Under the pieces are notes generated by a model. It was given only the letters and a program-made list of their open reading frames with translations, had not been told where the DNA came from and made no database searches. Shown here piece after piece: positions 38,329 to 47,800 of a stretch of 64,000 nt of DNA (positions are counted from its first letter, which is position 1; each line of letters starts with the position of its first letter). Origin of the DNA: Candidatus Aenigmatarchaeota archaeon (lineage in GTDB: Archaea > Aenigmatarchaeota > Aenigmatarchaeia > GW2011-AR5); the NCBI GenBank assembly GCA_016198685.1, contig JACQID010000004.1:256001-320000 (forward strand), written 5' to 3'. A program made the translations under genes and the position numbers.

Positions 38329-39120
38329 TTATGCAAACCTCTTTTCAAGCTCCTTGAGAGCTGACACAGTGTAAACTGCGAGTCTTCCGGCATGCGTGCC
38401 CGGTGCAAGGAATTCTGCATTCACATTGGATGCAGTAACTACATTCACGCCGGGGATTGCGGAACAGGCTTTCATGGCATCACATTTTGCAGATACCACA
38501 AGCAGAGGGCCTATCTTTTGTCTGTATTTTCTTCCTCTTGTTTTTCCCTTGCCTGCCCTGATTTTCTTTTGTCCGGACCTTGCCATCTCTTTGGAACCCA
38601 GGACTTTTTCAAGGGCGACTGCCATTTCTTTGGCCTTGGCAATTTTCTCGAAATCATTCGTGACTATTACCGGAAGCTGGTTCTCGTAAAGATGTCCTCT
38701 TGCCTTGACTATTTCTGCATTGGCTGTAGCTGCTATCAAAGACCTGACTGCAGCTCTTGCCTCCTTCTTGTTAATCTTCTGCGTCCAGACTTTTTCTGCA
38801 ACAGGAGGATGAGCCTTTCTTCCCTTGACTGCCTGCGGAACGAATCTTGCAGTAAATGCAAGGTATCCTATCCTTCCGTGTATTCTCGCAATTCTTGCCA
38901 TCTCCTTGTTCATCATTGTATACCTATAATGCCTGCTTCCGTGGTAGTGAGCAGAAGTCTTTTTTCCTGCCAACGGGTCTCTTCCATAAGCCTGTCTTTT
39001 GTTCGCCTGCATAGCCAGGACTGCCTTCTTTATGAGTGAAGGCTTGTATTCTGTCTTGAATACTGCAGGCAATTCTACAGTTCCCGCTTCTTTCCCATGA
39101 ACGTCATATATCTTTGCCAT
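38329..39120 (-). CDS. rpl4: Ribosomal protein uL4
   Basis: QAYGRDPLAG, GRKAHPP, RAGKGKTRGRKY, LAPGTHAGRL. Confidence 0.97.
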   Translation of the reverse strand: MAKIYDVHGKEAGTVELPAVFKTEYKPSLIKKAVLAMQANKRQAYGRDPLAGKKTSAHYHGSRHYRYTMMNKEMARIARIHGRIGYLAFTARFVPQAVKGRKAHPPVAEKVWTQKINKKEARAAVRSLIAATANAEIVKARGHLYENQLPVIVTNDFEKIAKAKEMAVALEKVLGSKEMARSGQKKIRAGKGKTRGRKYRQKIGPLLVVSAKCDAMKACSAIPGVNVVTASNVNAEFLAPGTHAGRLAVYTVSALKELEKRFA

Positions 39121-39122
39121 AA

Positions 39123-40058
39123 TTATACACCTTGTTTGCTGTGAAGTGAAACAAATGAAAGTTCCACTGGATTAGCTTTGCCCTTTGTTTTTCTAAGCAT
39201 CACGAGTCTCTTCTTCGTTCCGGGTACAGATCCTTCAATGAGCATATAATCGCCCTTGACCATTCCGTAGCCGAGCATTCCGCCCTTGGCGTTTATTTTC
39301 GCTGCATCGTTACCTATGAATAGTACTCTCTTGTTCTTGTCTGTCCTGTTAAAGAATCCATACTGACCTGCCTGAGGGACTCTCCAATCCACCTTCCCTG
39401 GCGTTGTCGGGCCAAGAGAACCTACGTGCCTGTGCATCTGCTTGTCTTTTCTGAACTGTATCCTTATGCCGTATCTCTTTACAGGACCCGTATAACCGTA
39501 ACCCTTCGTGACGGCTGTCACGCTTATGCTTTCTCCCGAAACAAATATGTCCTTCGCAGATATTTCCTTGCCGAGCAAGGATTTGGCGTATTCGACCTTG
39601 TCCTGGACTTTTCCGCCTATTCCTATCTCGAAAACTTCCGGCATGCTTTTCTTCATGCCGCTCTTTTCCGGCTGTGTTGCAACTATGATCCTGACATCGT
39701 CTGCTTTTTCTACGAAAGAGCCTAACTGCTTGCCTGCTTTGTCTTGAACACTCTTGGGAAGATTGTCCATCCATTTTTCAGAGATGGTTCGGGCACCGGC
39801 GTAAAATCTTACGCCGCAAACAAGAAGAGAAGGAATTTCGATTATGGTAGCGGCTTTTGTGATAACTTTTCCGTATGTCGGGGACTTGGAATTAGAATCG
39901 GTGTATTTAACGTGCGTCATCCCGGCCTTCCAGCCTGCGAACATCAAAGGCTTTGTTTCATCGATTTCTGAATAGAACGAAATTCTTGGGTATATACGTG
40001 CAGCTCTTACTCTCTTGTACTGCAATGATCCTCGTCTTGGTCTTCCTTTATGGGGCAT
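39123..40058 (-). CDS. rpl3: Ribosomal protein uL3
   Basis: PRRGSL, GWKAGMTH, TKGYGYTGPVKR, GSVPG. Confidence 0.97.
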   Translation of the reverse strand: MPHKGRPRRGSLQYKRVRAARIYPRISFYSEIDETKPLMFAGWKAGMTHVKYTDSNSKSPTYGKVITKAATIIEIPSLLVCGVRFYAGARTISEKWMDNLPKSVQDKAGKQLGSFVEKADDVRIIVATQPEKSGMKKSMPEVFEIGIGGKVQDKVEYAKSLLGKEISAKDIFVSGESISVTAVTKGYGYTGPVKRYGIRIQFRKDKQMHRHVGSLGPTTPGKVDWRVPQAGQYGFFNRTDKNKRVLFIGNDAAKINAKGGMLGYGMVKGDYMLIEGSVPGTKKRLVMLRKTKGKANPVELSFVSLHSKQGV

Positions 40059-40334
40059 ATTCTCTCCTCTTTATTATAAGCTTACTTATTTAACTCTTTC
40101 CCGGACATTCACCAACGTAGAACAAGACTGCAACGGTACAATCCTTCCGGGTACGTGAGAGAGGATATTAATTAAAATGAAAGATATTTAAGCGCGAATT
40201 ACGGCCATTTATTCAAATAGTCCTTACGAATGACCAAATATGCAGATTCAGGATATAATATTGATTACATGTGATGCCAGTTGGAGAAAGAACTCGCTTG
40301 ATATTATCGAATTTATTATGATGCAATTTATTTC

Positions 40335-40775
40335 TCAATTTTTATTTCTTGTCATTATCACGTGTCGGGCTGTGCCGTATGCGGCATAGGCACCAAGTGC
40401 CATGAATACGAAATCAAGAATGCCGGCGATCCCTGAATCTGTAATATAGATGAACATGAACTCAGGGAACATGATCATATAATCCAATGAAAATCCTCCT
40501 GAGATGTCAACGAAAGTCTTTATGAACAGAAGCATGTAGCCTGTAAGGACGCTTACTATACCGAAAATCACAGAAGTCACCATGAGCGATTTTTCTTCGC
40601 TCTTTAGGTGTTTGAGCGGCCACATATATCCTATTACTATGCCCGGTATTATTCCGGCAACAAGCGCCGTTATACCAAAAATTCTGTCAAAAAGCATTAT
40701 AGGCAGAAAGAATATCATTCCGCCCAGAACGGATGCGAAAAAAGCCACAACAAGAATTTTTAGATCAATATTCAT
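40335..40775 (-). CDS. Hypothetical 4-TM membrane protein
   Basis: 146 aa, hydrophobic, AGIIPG..IG and LGAYAAY motifs. Confidence 0.75.
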   Translation of the reverse strand: MNIDLKILVVAFFASVLGGMIFFLPIMLFDRIFGITALVAGIIPGIVIGYMWPLKHLKSEEKSLMVTSVIFGIVSVLTGYMLLFIKTFVDISGGFSLDYMIMFPEFMFIYITDSGIAGILDFVFMALGAYAAYGTARHVIMTRNKN

Positions 40776-40816
40776 TACAGGATATATTCTTCGTGATATT
40801 TAAATGCTATGAAAGA

Positions 40817-40919
40817 TGGGCTGGGGCAGATTTGAACTGCCGGCCGCCCGATTATCAGTCGGGTGCTCCAACCAGACTAAGCTTTGCTGACTGCCGTCAA
40901 TCGCGGCAATTACCAGCCC
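40817..40919 (-). tRNA. tRNA-Ile(GAT) with 28-nt intron at position 8/9 (40911-40884)
   Basis: Acceptor GGGCTGG/CCAGCCC, anticodon arm CCCGA-CTGATAA-TCGGG, T arm GGCAG-TTCAAAT-CTGCC; 28 extra nt before the D arm. Confidence 0.9.
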
Positions 40920-41142
40920 TTAATTTCCAACCCATGCATAGCCGTATATACCTAAACCAGCTATACTTTACATTCTTAGGTGCGATTACGTTAAAAACCT
41001 TGTTGTATGCTCCAATTGCCCAAGTCATAGAGTTGACACAAACATAGCATGTGAAGAAATCAAAAGTGAAATAATGACTGCATATTTTCCAAGGTTTTTC
41101 TTGGTGTAAACTCCGAACATTTCTTTTCCCAAAAGAAAGGGA

Positions 41143-41304
41143 TGGACTGGTCGGGATTTGAACCCGAAGCCTCTTGCATTCCGAACCGCGAAACCCATGG
41201 TTTCTTCAGTTGTAGGCTGTTCCGGATTCCTGTTGGAATCGATAACTATGCCGCAGCCAGCGTGCGGATGCCATGCAAGCGATCTTCCGTTGATCTACCA
41301 GCCC
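41143..41304 (-). tRNA. tRNA-Ala(GGC) with 90-nt intron at about 37/38 (41268-41179)
   Basis: GGGCTGG/CCAGTCC with G3:U70, anticodon arm CTTGC-ATGGCAT-GCAAG after intron removal, normal T arm. Confidence 0.88.
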
Positions 41305-41344
41305 GTGTGCAAATATTATGGCGCAATGTTTTAATTATGATATT

Positions 41345-41809
41345 TCAGCACTTGTGCGGACTTTCAATGTCCTTGGCCATGAAAGCTATGGAGAAACAAA
41401 GTAAAACAATGCTCAAAGCCTGCGCTTCAAGCCCGCCAAATGGAAGAATTGCAAATGCCGCCGGAATCCCGATGACGGCCAAGAGGAATGGATAGCAAAC
41501 AGAGCATGCAGACGTTAAAAGCCCCAAAACGCCTCCAATCATAGCCATTCTTTCGCCTTTCTGCGATTTTAAAATCATGCCGGCTCTATATTCATAGAGC
41601 ATAAGGCACAATGCACCAAGCAATGAGAAAACAATCAAAAAAATAACCGATACGATAGAATAAGAATCCGCAACTATCATCTTCCCTTGCAAAAATCCGG
41701 GAAAGCTTACGAAATTCATGAGAAATAAGGACATTGCAAGAATTATTGCAAATCGCAGAATAAATTTTTCTCTGTGAGATGCGTCAAATAAACCAATGAT
41801 ATATTTCAT
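41345..41809 (-). CDS. 4-TM membrane protein with intramembrane CxxC (metal-handling, MerC/MerT-like)
   Basis: LLTSACSVCYP...LPFGG; last gene of the copA operon; start set at MKYIIG. Confidence 0.7.
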   Translation of the reverse strand: MKYIIGLFDASHREKFILRFAIILAMSLFLMNFVSFPGFLQGKMIVADSYSIVSVIFLIVFSLLGALCLMLYEYRAGMILKSQKGERMAMIGGVLGLLTSACSVCYPFLLAVIGIPAAFAILPFGGLEAQALSIVLLCFSIAFMAKDIESPHKC

Positions 41810-41814
41810 GTTTT

Positions 41815-42738
41815 TCACTGCACAACAATGGAACCCGATGCCATGGACATGGTGCATGCAAACCTATACGTTCCGGCCCTCGTAGGCGTGAATTCCACAA
41901 TATCAGCCCCGCCTGCCGGAACTGTCTTTCTTATATTAAAATCAGGGAAGACTATTGAGCGCGTGCAGCCTGCATTCTTATCCGCTTCAAGCCTGATCCT
42001 CAAAGGAATATCTTTTTTCACGACAATATAATTAGGCGTGTATTGCAGCAGCCCCATACGGATAGTGACTTCCTGTATGTCGCCGGATAGGATCGCAGAA
42101 GTCTCAGTCTTCTCTCCGGAACTTGCAAGCGCAAAACTAGCTCCGCTTGGATAGGCATTCACAAATGCTGAAGATATTGCAAGAACCGAGATTACAGCGC
42201 CTGCATAAAGAAAACCTCTTGATATTTTTGCCGAACTTTTGATGACCTTGGTCATTTCCCAAACAGTAAATGTAACTATTATCACAAGGAACGGCATGAA
42301 CAGCCCGACGTTAAAAAACTGCACCATGACGCCCGTCATCCCTCCCATTATGCCCCCCATGGGGCCTGCCATCACTCCTTCCATTGCGCTTAATGGTCCG
42401 CCGGCCCTTCCTACAGGTATCCCGAAAAGGATGCCGGATACCGCTCCTGCAATCATCGCGATCATGAAATCCGTCGTTGCAAGCCCTGCCATGGCCCCAA
42501 TGAAAAATCCCGATGTCATGCCGTATGTCATCCCGCTCATCATGCAGCACATTTCCGACATGCTTTCTTTGCTGCTAACGGCATAATACGCTCCCCATGC
42601 GAGGAGCATCGTTGTGAATACGAAAACCGGGGTATAAGGCGATGGAAACTGAAGAAAAATTACCGGCACGGATAATATCCCGCATACCGCCAAGATTTTC
42701 AGCAGCAGCTTTTTATTTATTTTTATCGCTTCTTCCAT
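41815..42738 (-). CDS. Met/Gly-rich membrane protein fused to C-terminal cupredoxin domain
   Basis: MCCMMSGMTYGM and GVMAGPMGGIMGGM helices; C-terminus GC...FTPTRAGTYRFACTMSM (CupA/EfeO-type cupredoxin). Confidence 0.8.
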   Translation of the reverse strand: MEEAIKINKKLLLKILAVCGILSVPVIFLQFPSPYTPVFVFTTMLLAWGAYYAVSSKESMSEMCCMMSGMTYGMTSGFFIGAMAGLATTDFMIAMIAGAVSGILFGIPVGRAGGPLSAMEGVMAGPMGGIMGGMTGVMVQFFNVGLFMPFLVIIVTFTVWEMTKVIKSSAKISRGFLYAGAVISVLAISSAFVNAYPSGASFALASSGEKTETSAILSGDIQEVTIRMGLLQYTPNYIVVKKDIPLRIRLEADKNAGCTRSIVFPDFNIRKTVPAGGADIVEFTPTRAGTYRFACTMSMASGSIVVQ

Positions 42739-42750
42739 GGTGTTCCCCTT

Positions 42751-44985
42751 TCATTCCATTGATCGTAAACTATGCTTTTTCATTATAAGAGCATTTCCGA
42801 CTACCGTGATCGACGATATCGCCATGGCTCCGGCTGCGATCACCGGATCAAGCATGATGCCGTAAGCCGGGTACAATGCGCCTGCGGCAACCGGGATCAA
42901 TGCAACGTTATATGCAAACGCCCAGAACAGATTCTGCCTTATCTTCTTTATTGTATATTTGCTTAATTCTATTGAACGCGCAACGTCCATTATGTCGCTT
43001 TTTATCAGCACTATGCCGCCTGTCTCCAATGCCACATCGGTCCCGGAGCCTATCGCTATTCCTATATCGGCCTGCGCAAGAGCTGGAGCGTCGTTTATCC
43101 CGTCGCCGACCATCGCCACCTTGTGGCCATCGCTCTGCAGCTTCTTTATCCTTGCCGCTTTATCTCCCGGAAGAACTTCGGCCATGACTTCATCAATGCC
43201 AAGCGTTTGCGCTACTGCATGCGCCGTGCGCTCGTTATCGCCGGTCATCATCATAACCCGCTTCCCCATTTTTTTAAGCGCCGCCACCGCTTTAGCGGAA
43301 TTTTCTTTCACGGTGTCCGCTACTGCTATAATACCAGCTACTTCCGCGTTTTTGGCAATTACTATGACGGTCTTTCCCTCCTGTTCAAGCGGCATTATGT
43401 CGTTATCGTATTTCGTGATTTTCACCGCATTATCCTTCATGAATCCTGCATTTCCTGCCAAAATCCTGTCTTTCCCTATGCGTGCCGAAACGCCTTTGCC
43501 GGAATGTGCAAAAAATCCGCTTACGGATTTCGGCCTTATACTTCGTTTCCGCGCCTCGTTCATTATGGCCTCTGCAATCGGATGCTCGGATCCGGCCTCT
43601 ACCGATGCTGCCAAAGAAATAAGTGTATCATTCCCTCCGACATAAGAAAATATATCCGTAACCTCCGGTTTTCCCTTGGTCAGCGTCCCGGTCTTATCCA
43701 TAACGATCACATCTGCTTTATGCGCGGTTTCCAGAGCCTCGCCGCCCTTGATGAGGATTCCGTTCTGCGCGCCAATGCCCGTGCCTACCATGATCGCAGT
43801 CGGAGTTGCCAACCCCAATGCACACGGGCATGCTATTATGAGTACAGACACGAGAGCCGTAAATGCGAACGTGAATCCCATTGAAGGATACCAGAACGCA
43901 AAAGTTGCAAGAGCTATCACGATGACAGCCGGGACAAAATAAGAAGAAACAGAGTCTGCCAGCCTCTGGATAGGCGCCTTCGACCCCTGCGCTTCCTCGA
44001 CAAGGCGCACTATCTGAGATAGCATAGTGTCTGTGCCTACGTTTGTCGCCCTGAAACGAAATGAGCCGAACTTGTTTATCGTGGCTCCTATTACAGTATC
44101 ACCCTTCTTCTTTCCGGCCGGCATGCTTTCGCCTGTTATCATTGATTCATCAACACTGCTCTCCCCAGAAAGTACAACTCCGTCAACGGGTATCTTTTCG
44201 CCCGGCTTCACCACGATAACCTCGCCGACTTTGACTTCATCAACGTCAATTATGACCTGCTTTCCTTTTCTGATCACAGTTGCTGTCTTAGTTCGCAGGC
44301 CCATCAGCTTTTTTATTGCATCCGATGCCCTGCCTTTTGCTATGGCCTCAAAGTATCTCCCAAGAAGAATTAATGTTATTATCACCGCGGCGGTGTCAAA
44401 ATACATGCTGCCTCGCATGCCCAGCAGCACTAAGGAAGCACTATAAAAGTACGCTGCGCTTGTTCCAAGAACTATCAAAGTGTTCATGTCAGCGCTTTTG
44501 TTGCGAAGCGCCGTCCACGCGCCAACATAAAAATCACGGCCCGTCCAAAACTGAACGATGGTTGCCATCGCCAAAAGAACGCCGGGATGGGAGAGCAATG
44601 AAACAGAGAACCATTCCGGAAAGCTTCCTATAAATATAAGGGCGGATAATGCCGCTCCGACATAGAGATTTTTTCTGAGAGCAGACAGCTCCTCTTTCTT
44701 CATCTCTTTCATATGGTCAGCATGCGTCCCACCTTTATTCTCATGCGACCCATTTTGCACGATAGCTTTGTATCCCGCCCTTGTTATCGCATCCGCTACT
44801 GCATTCTCGCTTGTTTTCTCCGGGTCAAAATCCACCACCGCATTTTCTGTTGCGTAGTTGACTCGCGCCAAGATTACGCCTGGCTCCTTCTTCAGCTTCT
44901 TTTCTATCGTGCCTGCACAAGTCGAGCAATGCATGCCGAAAATTCCGATGACGGAAGTTTTATTTCGCTGCGTATTGTTTTTCAT
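42751..44985 (-). CDS. copA: Cu(I)-exporting P1B-type ATPase
   Basis: GMHCSTC HMA domain, TGES, CPC, DKTGT, GDGIND, YN and MxxS motifs. Confidence 0.95.
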   Translation of the reverse strand: MKNNTQRNKTSVIGIFGMHCSTCAGTIEKKLKKEPGVILARVNYATENAVVDFDPEKTSENAVADAITRAGYKAIVQNGSHENKGGTHADHMKEMKKEELSALRKNLYVGAALSALIFIGSFPEWFSVSLLSHPGVLLAMATIVQFWTGRDFYVGAWTALRNKSADMNTLIVLGTSAAYFYSASLVLLGMRGSMYFDTAAVIITLILLGRYFEAIAKGRASDAIKKLMGLRTKTATVIRKGKQVIIDVDEVKVGEVIVVKPGEKIPVDGVVLSGESSVDESMITGESMPAGKKKGDTVIGATINKFGSFRFRATNVGTDTMLSQIVRLVEEAQGSKAPIQRLADSVSSYFVPAVIVIALATFAFWYPSMGFTFAFTALVSVLIIACPCALGLATPTAIMVGTGIGAQNGILIKGGEALETAHKADVIVMDKTGTLTKGKPEVTDIFSYVGGNDTLISLAASVEAGSEHPIAEAIMNEARKRSIRPKSVSGFFAHSGKGVSARIGKDRILAGNAGFMKDNAVKITKYDNDIMPLEQEGKTVIVIAKNAEVAGIIAVADTVKENSAKAVAALKKMGKRVMMMTGDNERTAHAVAQTLGIDEVMAEVLPGDKAARIKKLQSDGHKVAMVGDGINDAPALAQADIGIAIGSGTDVALETGGIVLIKSDIMDVARSIELSKYTIKKIRQNLFWAFAYNVALIPVAAGALYPAYGIMLDPVIAAGAMAISSITVVGNALIMKKHSLRSME

Positions 44986-45040
44986 TCCTTCACCAGCCCA
45001 TGATGCAATTCCTCCCTTGCCATATACGACATCTTATAAT

Positions 45041-45063
45041 TATATCCAACTTAGATATATCTA
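45041..45063. promoter_or_regulatory. Candidate operator in the divergent copA / PadR-TRASH promoter
   Basis: TATATC-N7-GATATA inverted repeat (45041-45059) overlapping palindrome TAGATATATCTA (45052-45063). Confidence 0.4.
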
Positions 45064-45102
45064 TATTAACAATTATTTAAACCATTTACGGCTATTAATG
45101 AC

Positions 45103-45513
45103 ATGGAAAAGCGCTCAAGCATGATAAAATACTTCATATTGCAGCATCTAAGCGCAAAACAAATGACAGGATATGAAGTGATTGCAGAAATACGAAACAT
45201 TACGGGAAAACTCCCCAGCACAAGCCAAGTATATCCTGTCTTAAATACCATGAAAAAGTCTGGATACCTCACGGCAACGGATAAATTTCACGGAAAACGA
45301 AAAATAAAGATTTACAAGCTCACTTCTTCCGGAAAGACTCTTTTTTCCGTGATAGAACGCCAGTTTGAATCCATGATAAGAGCCATGCTAAGCAATAAAA
45401 TACGGGTATGCGCCCACTGCAATTGCGAGATACTGAAAGGGCATTACAGCAAAATTACGCACGGCAAGAAACTCGATTTCTGCTGTACTGCATGCGCCGG
45501 ATCATTCAAGTAA
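45103..45513 (+). CDS. PadR-family regulator with C-terminal TRASH-like metal-binding domain
   Basis: MTGYEVI...SQVYPVL...GYL...KIYKLTSSGK; tail CAHC...FCCTAC. Confidence 0.85.
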   Translation: MEKRSSMIKYFILQHLSAKQMTGYEVIAEIRNITGKLPSTSQVYPVLNTMKKSGYLTATDKFHGKRKIKIYKLTSSGKTLFSVIERQFESMIRAMLSNKIRVCAHCNCEILKGHYSKITHGKKLDFCCTACAGSFK

Positions 45514-45534
45514 TCCCAGTGCCATTCCGAAGAC

Positions 45535-45721
45535 TCAAACAGAAGATACCGCTTTGCCTATTATTATCCTGGCCTCATCAATCATGCCGTGAAAGAACGT
45601 AGCTCCGTTTGCAGCGCCAATCTGAATGCTGCTGGAAGAATACTGATGTGAAGCCGATGATGGATATTGTGACTAAAAGCAATAAAATAATAATAGCTAT
45701 AACAGGCGATATGCCTTTCAT
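45535..45721 (-). pseudogene. Internally deleted archaeal pilin-LamG protein
   Basis: MKGISPVIAIIILLLLV class III signal peptide; in another frame the tail IGAANGATFFHGMIDEARII is the LamG C-terminal motif. Confidence 0.7.
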
Positions 45722-45817
45722 GAAGCTTATTTAGATATTCTATATATAAATGTTTAAACAATCCGACATAATCATTCAATTCTGTGATTTGCAACATAGC
45801 TTTTCTTTTGTAAAAAA

Positions 45818-45929
45818 TGGACTGGTCGGGATTTGAACCCGAAGCCTCTACCTCTCATCGAAGTTTTTGGTCAGGCTTTTGCCAAAAAACTTGTGCGAAG
45901 GTAGCGATCTTCCGTTGATCTACCAGCCC
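45818..45929 (-). tRNA. tRNA-Ala(CGC) with 40-nt intron at 37/38 (45893-45854)
   Basis: G3:U70, anticodon arm CTACC-TTCGCAA-GGTAG after intron removal; intron stem AAGTTTTT/AAAAACTT. Confidence 0.9.
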
Positions 45930-45992
45930 ATAACAATACCTATAATTTACATCATACAGCAAACTTTAATGCTCTTTGCAGCAATTAAAACA

Positions 45993-46487
45993 ATGGAAAG
46001 ACTTTGGGCTCCATGGAGGCTTGAATATCTCAGAAGAGCCTTCAAAAAACAGAAATGCATTTTCTGCTATCTCGCTAAAGAAAAAAAGGACGAAAAGAAC
46101 CATATTCTCTACAGGGCCGAGAAAGTCTTTGTAATGCTGAACAAGTATCCTTACTCGCCGGGACATCTGATGGTATCACCCTATCGCCACGTCGACCGTA
46201 TTGCGCGCATGACCGAAGAAGAACGGCACGAAATGACGGATGTTGCGGCAAAATTCTCCGTCATGCTTGAAACGGCGCTAAAAGCCGAGGGATTTAACAT
46301 GGGCATCAATCAGGGCAGGCTTGCAGGCGCCGGATTTGACAAGCATGTTCATATGCACGTCGTACCTCGCTGGAAGCATGACGTCAATTTCATGGTCCCG
46401 GTTGCCGGAACAAAAGTGATACCAGAAACATTGGAACAGACTTATGCAAAAATAAAGGCAGCTATGAATCAGGCTTCTCTCAAATAA
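45993..46487 (+). CDS. HIT-family hydrolase (Ap4A phosphorylase-like)
   Basis: LWAPWR, CIFC, NKYPYSPGHLM, HVHMHVVPRW; start set at MERL. Confidence 0.92.
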   Translation: MERLWAPWRLEYLRRAFKKQKCIFCYLAKEKKDEKNHILYRAEKVFVMLNKYPYSPGHLMVSPYRHVDRIARMTEEERHEMTDVAAKFSVMLETALKAEGFNMGINQGRLAGAGFDKHVHMHVVPRWKHDVNFMVPVAGTKVIPETLEQTYAKIKAAMNQASLK

Positions 46488-47761
46488 CCCCAGTTATGCA
46501 ATTTGTCGCTGTCTTCGAACCAGCGGTCGCCTATGTCTTTTCTGTAATACATATTGGGGATCATTATGTTCTCTATCCTGTTGTATGCTTGTGCTTGTGC
46601 TTGTTTCATTGTCTGGCCAAGGCCGACAACTATCAAAGCAACGCCCTTTATGCTTGTGACAAGCCATTCGTCATTCAGCTTCCTGATGTCCTCTATGTGT
46701 ATGCCTGCAAAATCCGGCTTCTTGAACATGATGACCGCATCCTTCGAATACGTCTCAAAGAGCCTCTTATCTTTGTACGGATAAGGCGGAACTACTATTC
46801 TAACGCCGACCTGAAAGCCGCTTCTCGTCTTGAACTTGGACAACGTTCCTTCTGCCATGCCATGCAGGAATTCTCCCATCGGCGTAAGCATGCCTTCCTG
46901 CTGTATACTTATCGTTGGATATCCGAAACGTGACGTGAATTCAAGCGGATAAATTCCATTGTTGTTAACTATGCAGTTTATGTCTATGTATCCGACGTAT
47001 TTCTCTCGCCTGAGTAAAGGTTCCATCTTTTTCAGCGTTGCCGAAAATATCCTGTTTGGCTCGCTCCAGAAGCAGCTTGTTCCCATCTCGCCGGTAGATG
47101 GCCCTATGTTGCCCGGGAATAGTTTCTTGTGCTCAAAGTTGACATTTATAGGCTGCATGAACTCATAACCGTTGAAGAACGCTCCTACCGCAACTTCAAC
47201 GCCGTTTATTTTTCTCTGCAGCTGGAATTCCTTTATCCTGTTGGACCATGTAGCCTTATAGTCCTCAAGCATGTGAAGTATGTCCTTGCCATCCTCTTCC
47301 TCCCCGACAAAGAGCAATTGTTTCACGTTCTGCGCCTCCCCGCTGGGTTTTATGACATATTTATTAGGATTTTTCTTGACATATTGTATGGCGTCATCAA
47401 AAGAAGTAAAATTCTCCTGCGGTATGATCGCAACGCCGGCCTTCTTGAGTTCCATTTGGCCAAAGCCGCGATCGTCCTCAAGCTTATCTGTGTACGGTGT
47501 TCCGCCAACAACGAGCTTGCCCTGCTGCCGTAGCTTCTGCGCTTTCTCGCCTTGGCCAAGAACATCATCAAAAACTATGACATCGGCCCATTCTATCTCC
47601 TTTTCCCAGTCATCTGTCTTGGGGACAAAGCCGTCAGCAACTGCCTTCTCATCCTTACTATCAATGAAATACTTGACGTTGTGGCCCTCTTTCATGACCT
47701 GCCAAGCTACATCGCTTATAAGACCTTCCAGAGAAACAAACAGGAAATTTTTGGGTATCAT
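46469..47761 (-). CDS. Stand-alone PurD-like ATP-grasp ligase
   Basis: KLEDDRGFG, YVIKP, NFEHKKLFPGNIGPSTGEMG, LEFTSRFGYP. Confidence 0.8.
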   Translation of the reverse strand: MIPKNFLFVSLEGLISDVAWQVMKEGHNVKYFIDSKDEKAVADGFVPKTDDWEKEIEWADVIVFDDVLGQGEKAQKLRQQGKLVVGGTPYTDKLEDDRGFGQMELKKAGVAIIPQENFTSFDDAIQYVKKNPNKYVIKPSGEAQNVKQLLFVGEEEDGKDILHMLEDYKATWSNRIKEFQLQRKINGVEVAVGAFFNGYEFMQPINVNFEHKKLFPGNIGPSTGEMGTSCFWSEPNRIFSATLKKMEPLLRREKYVGYIDINCIVNNNGIYPLEFTSRFGYPTISIQQEGMLTPMGEFLHGMAEGTLSKFKTRSGFQVGVRIVVPPYPYKDKRLFETYSKDAVIMFKKPDFAGIHIEDIRKLNDEWLVTSIKGVALIVVGLGQTMKQAQAQAYNRIENIMIPNMYYRKDIGDRWFEDSDKLHNWGYLREA

Positions 47762-47800
47762 GTAAGGTATCTTGCCTCATTTAATTAGTAGTAAAATAAT

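Noticed and set aside
40920-41135. Short hydrophobic minus-strand frames between tRNA-Ala and tRNA-Ile
   Set aside because: Only a 31-codon ORF and a start-poor second frame; no motif or SD support.
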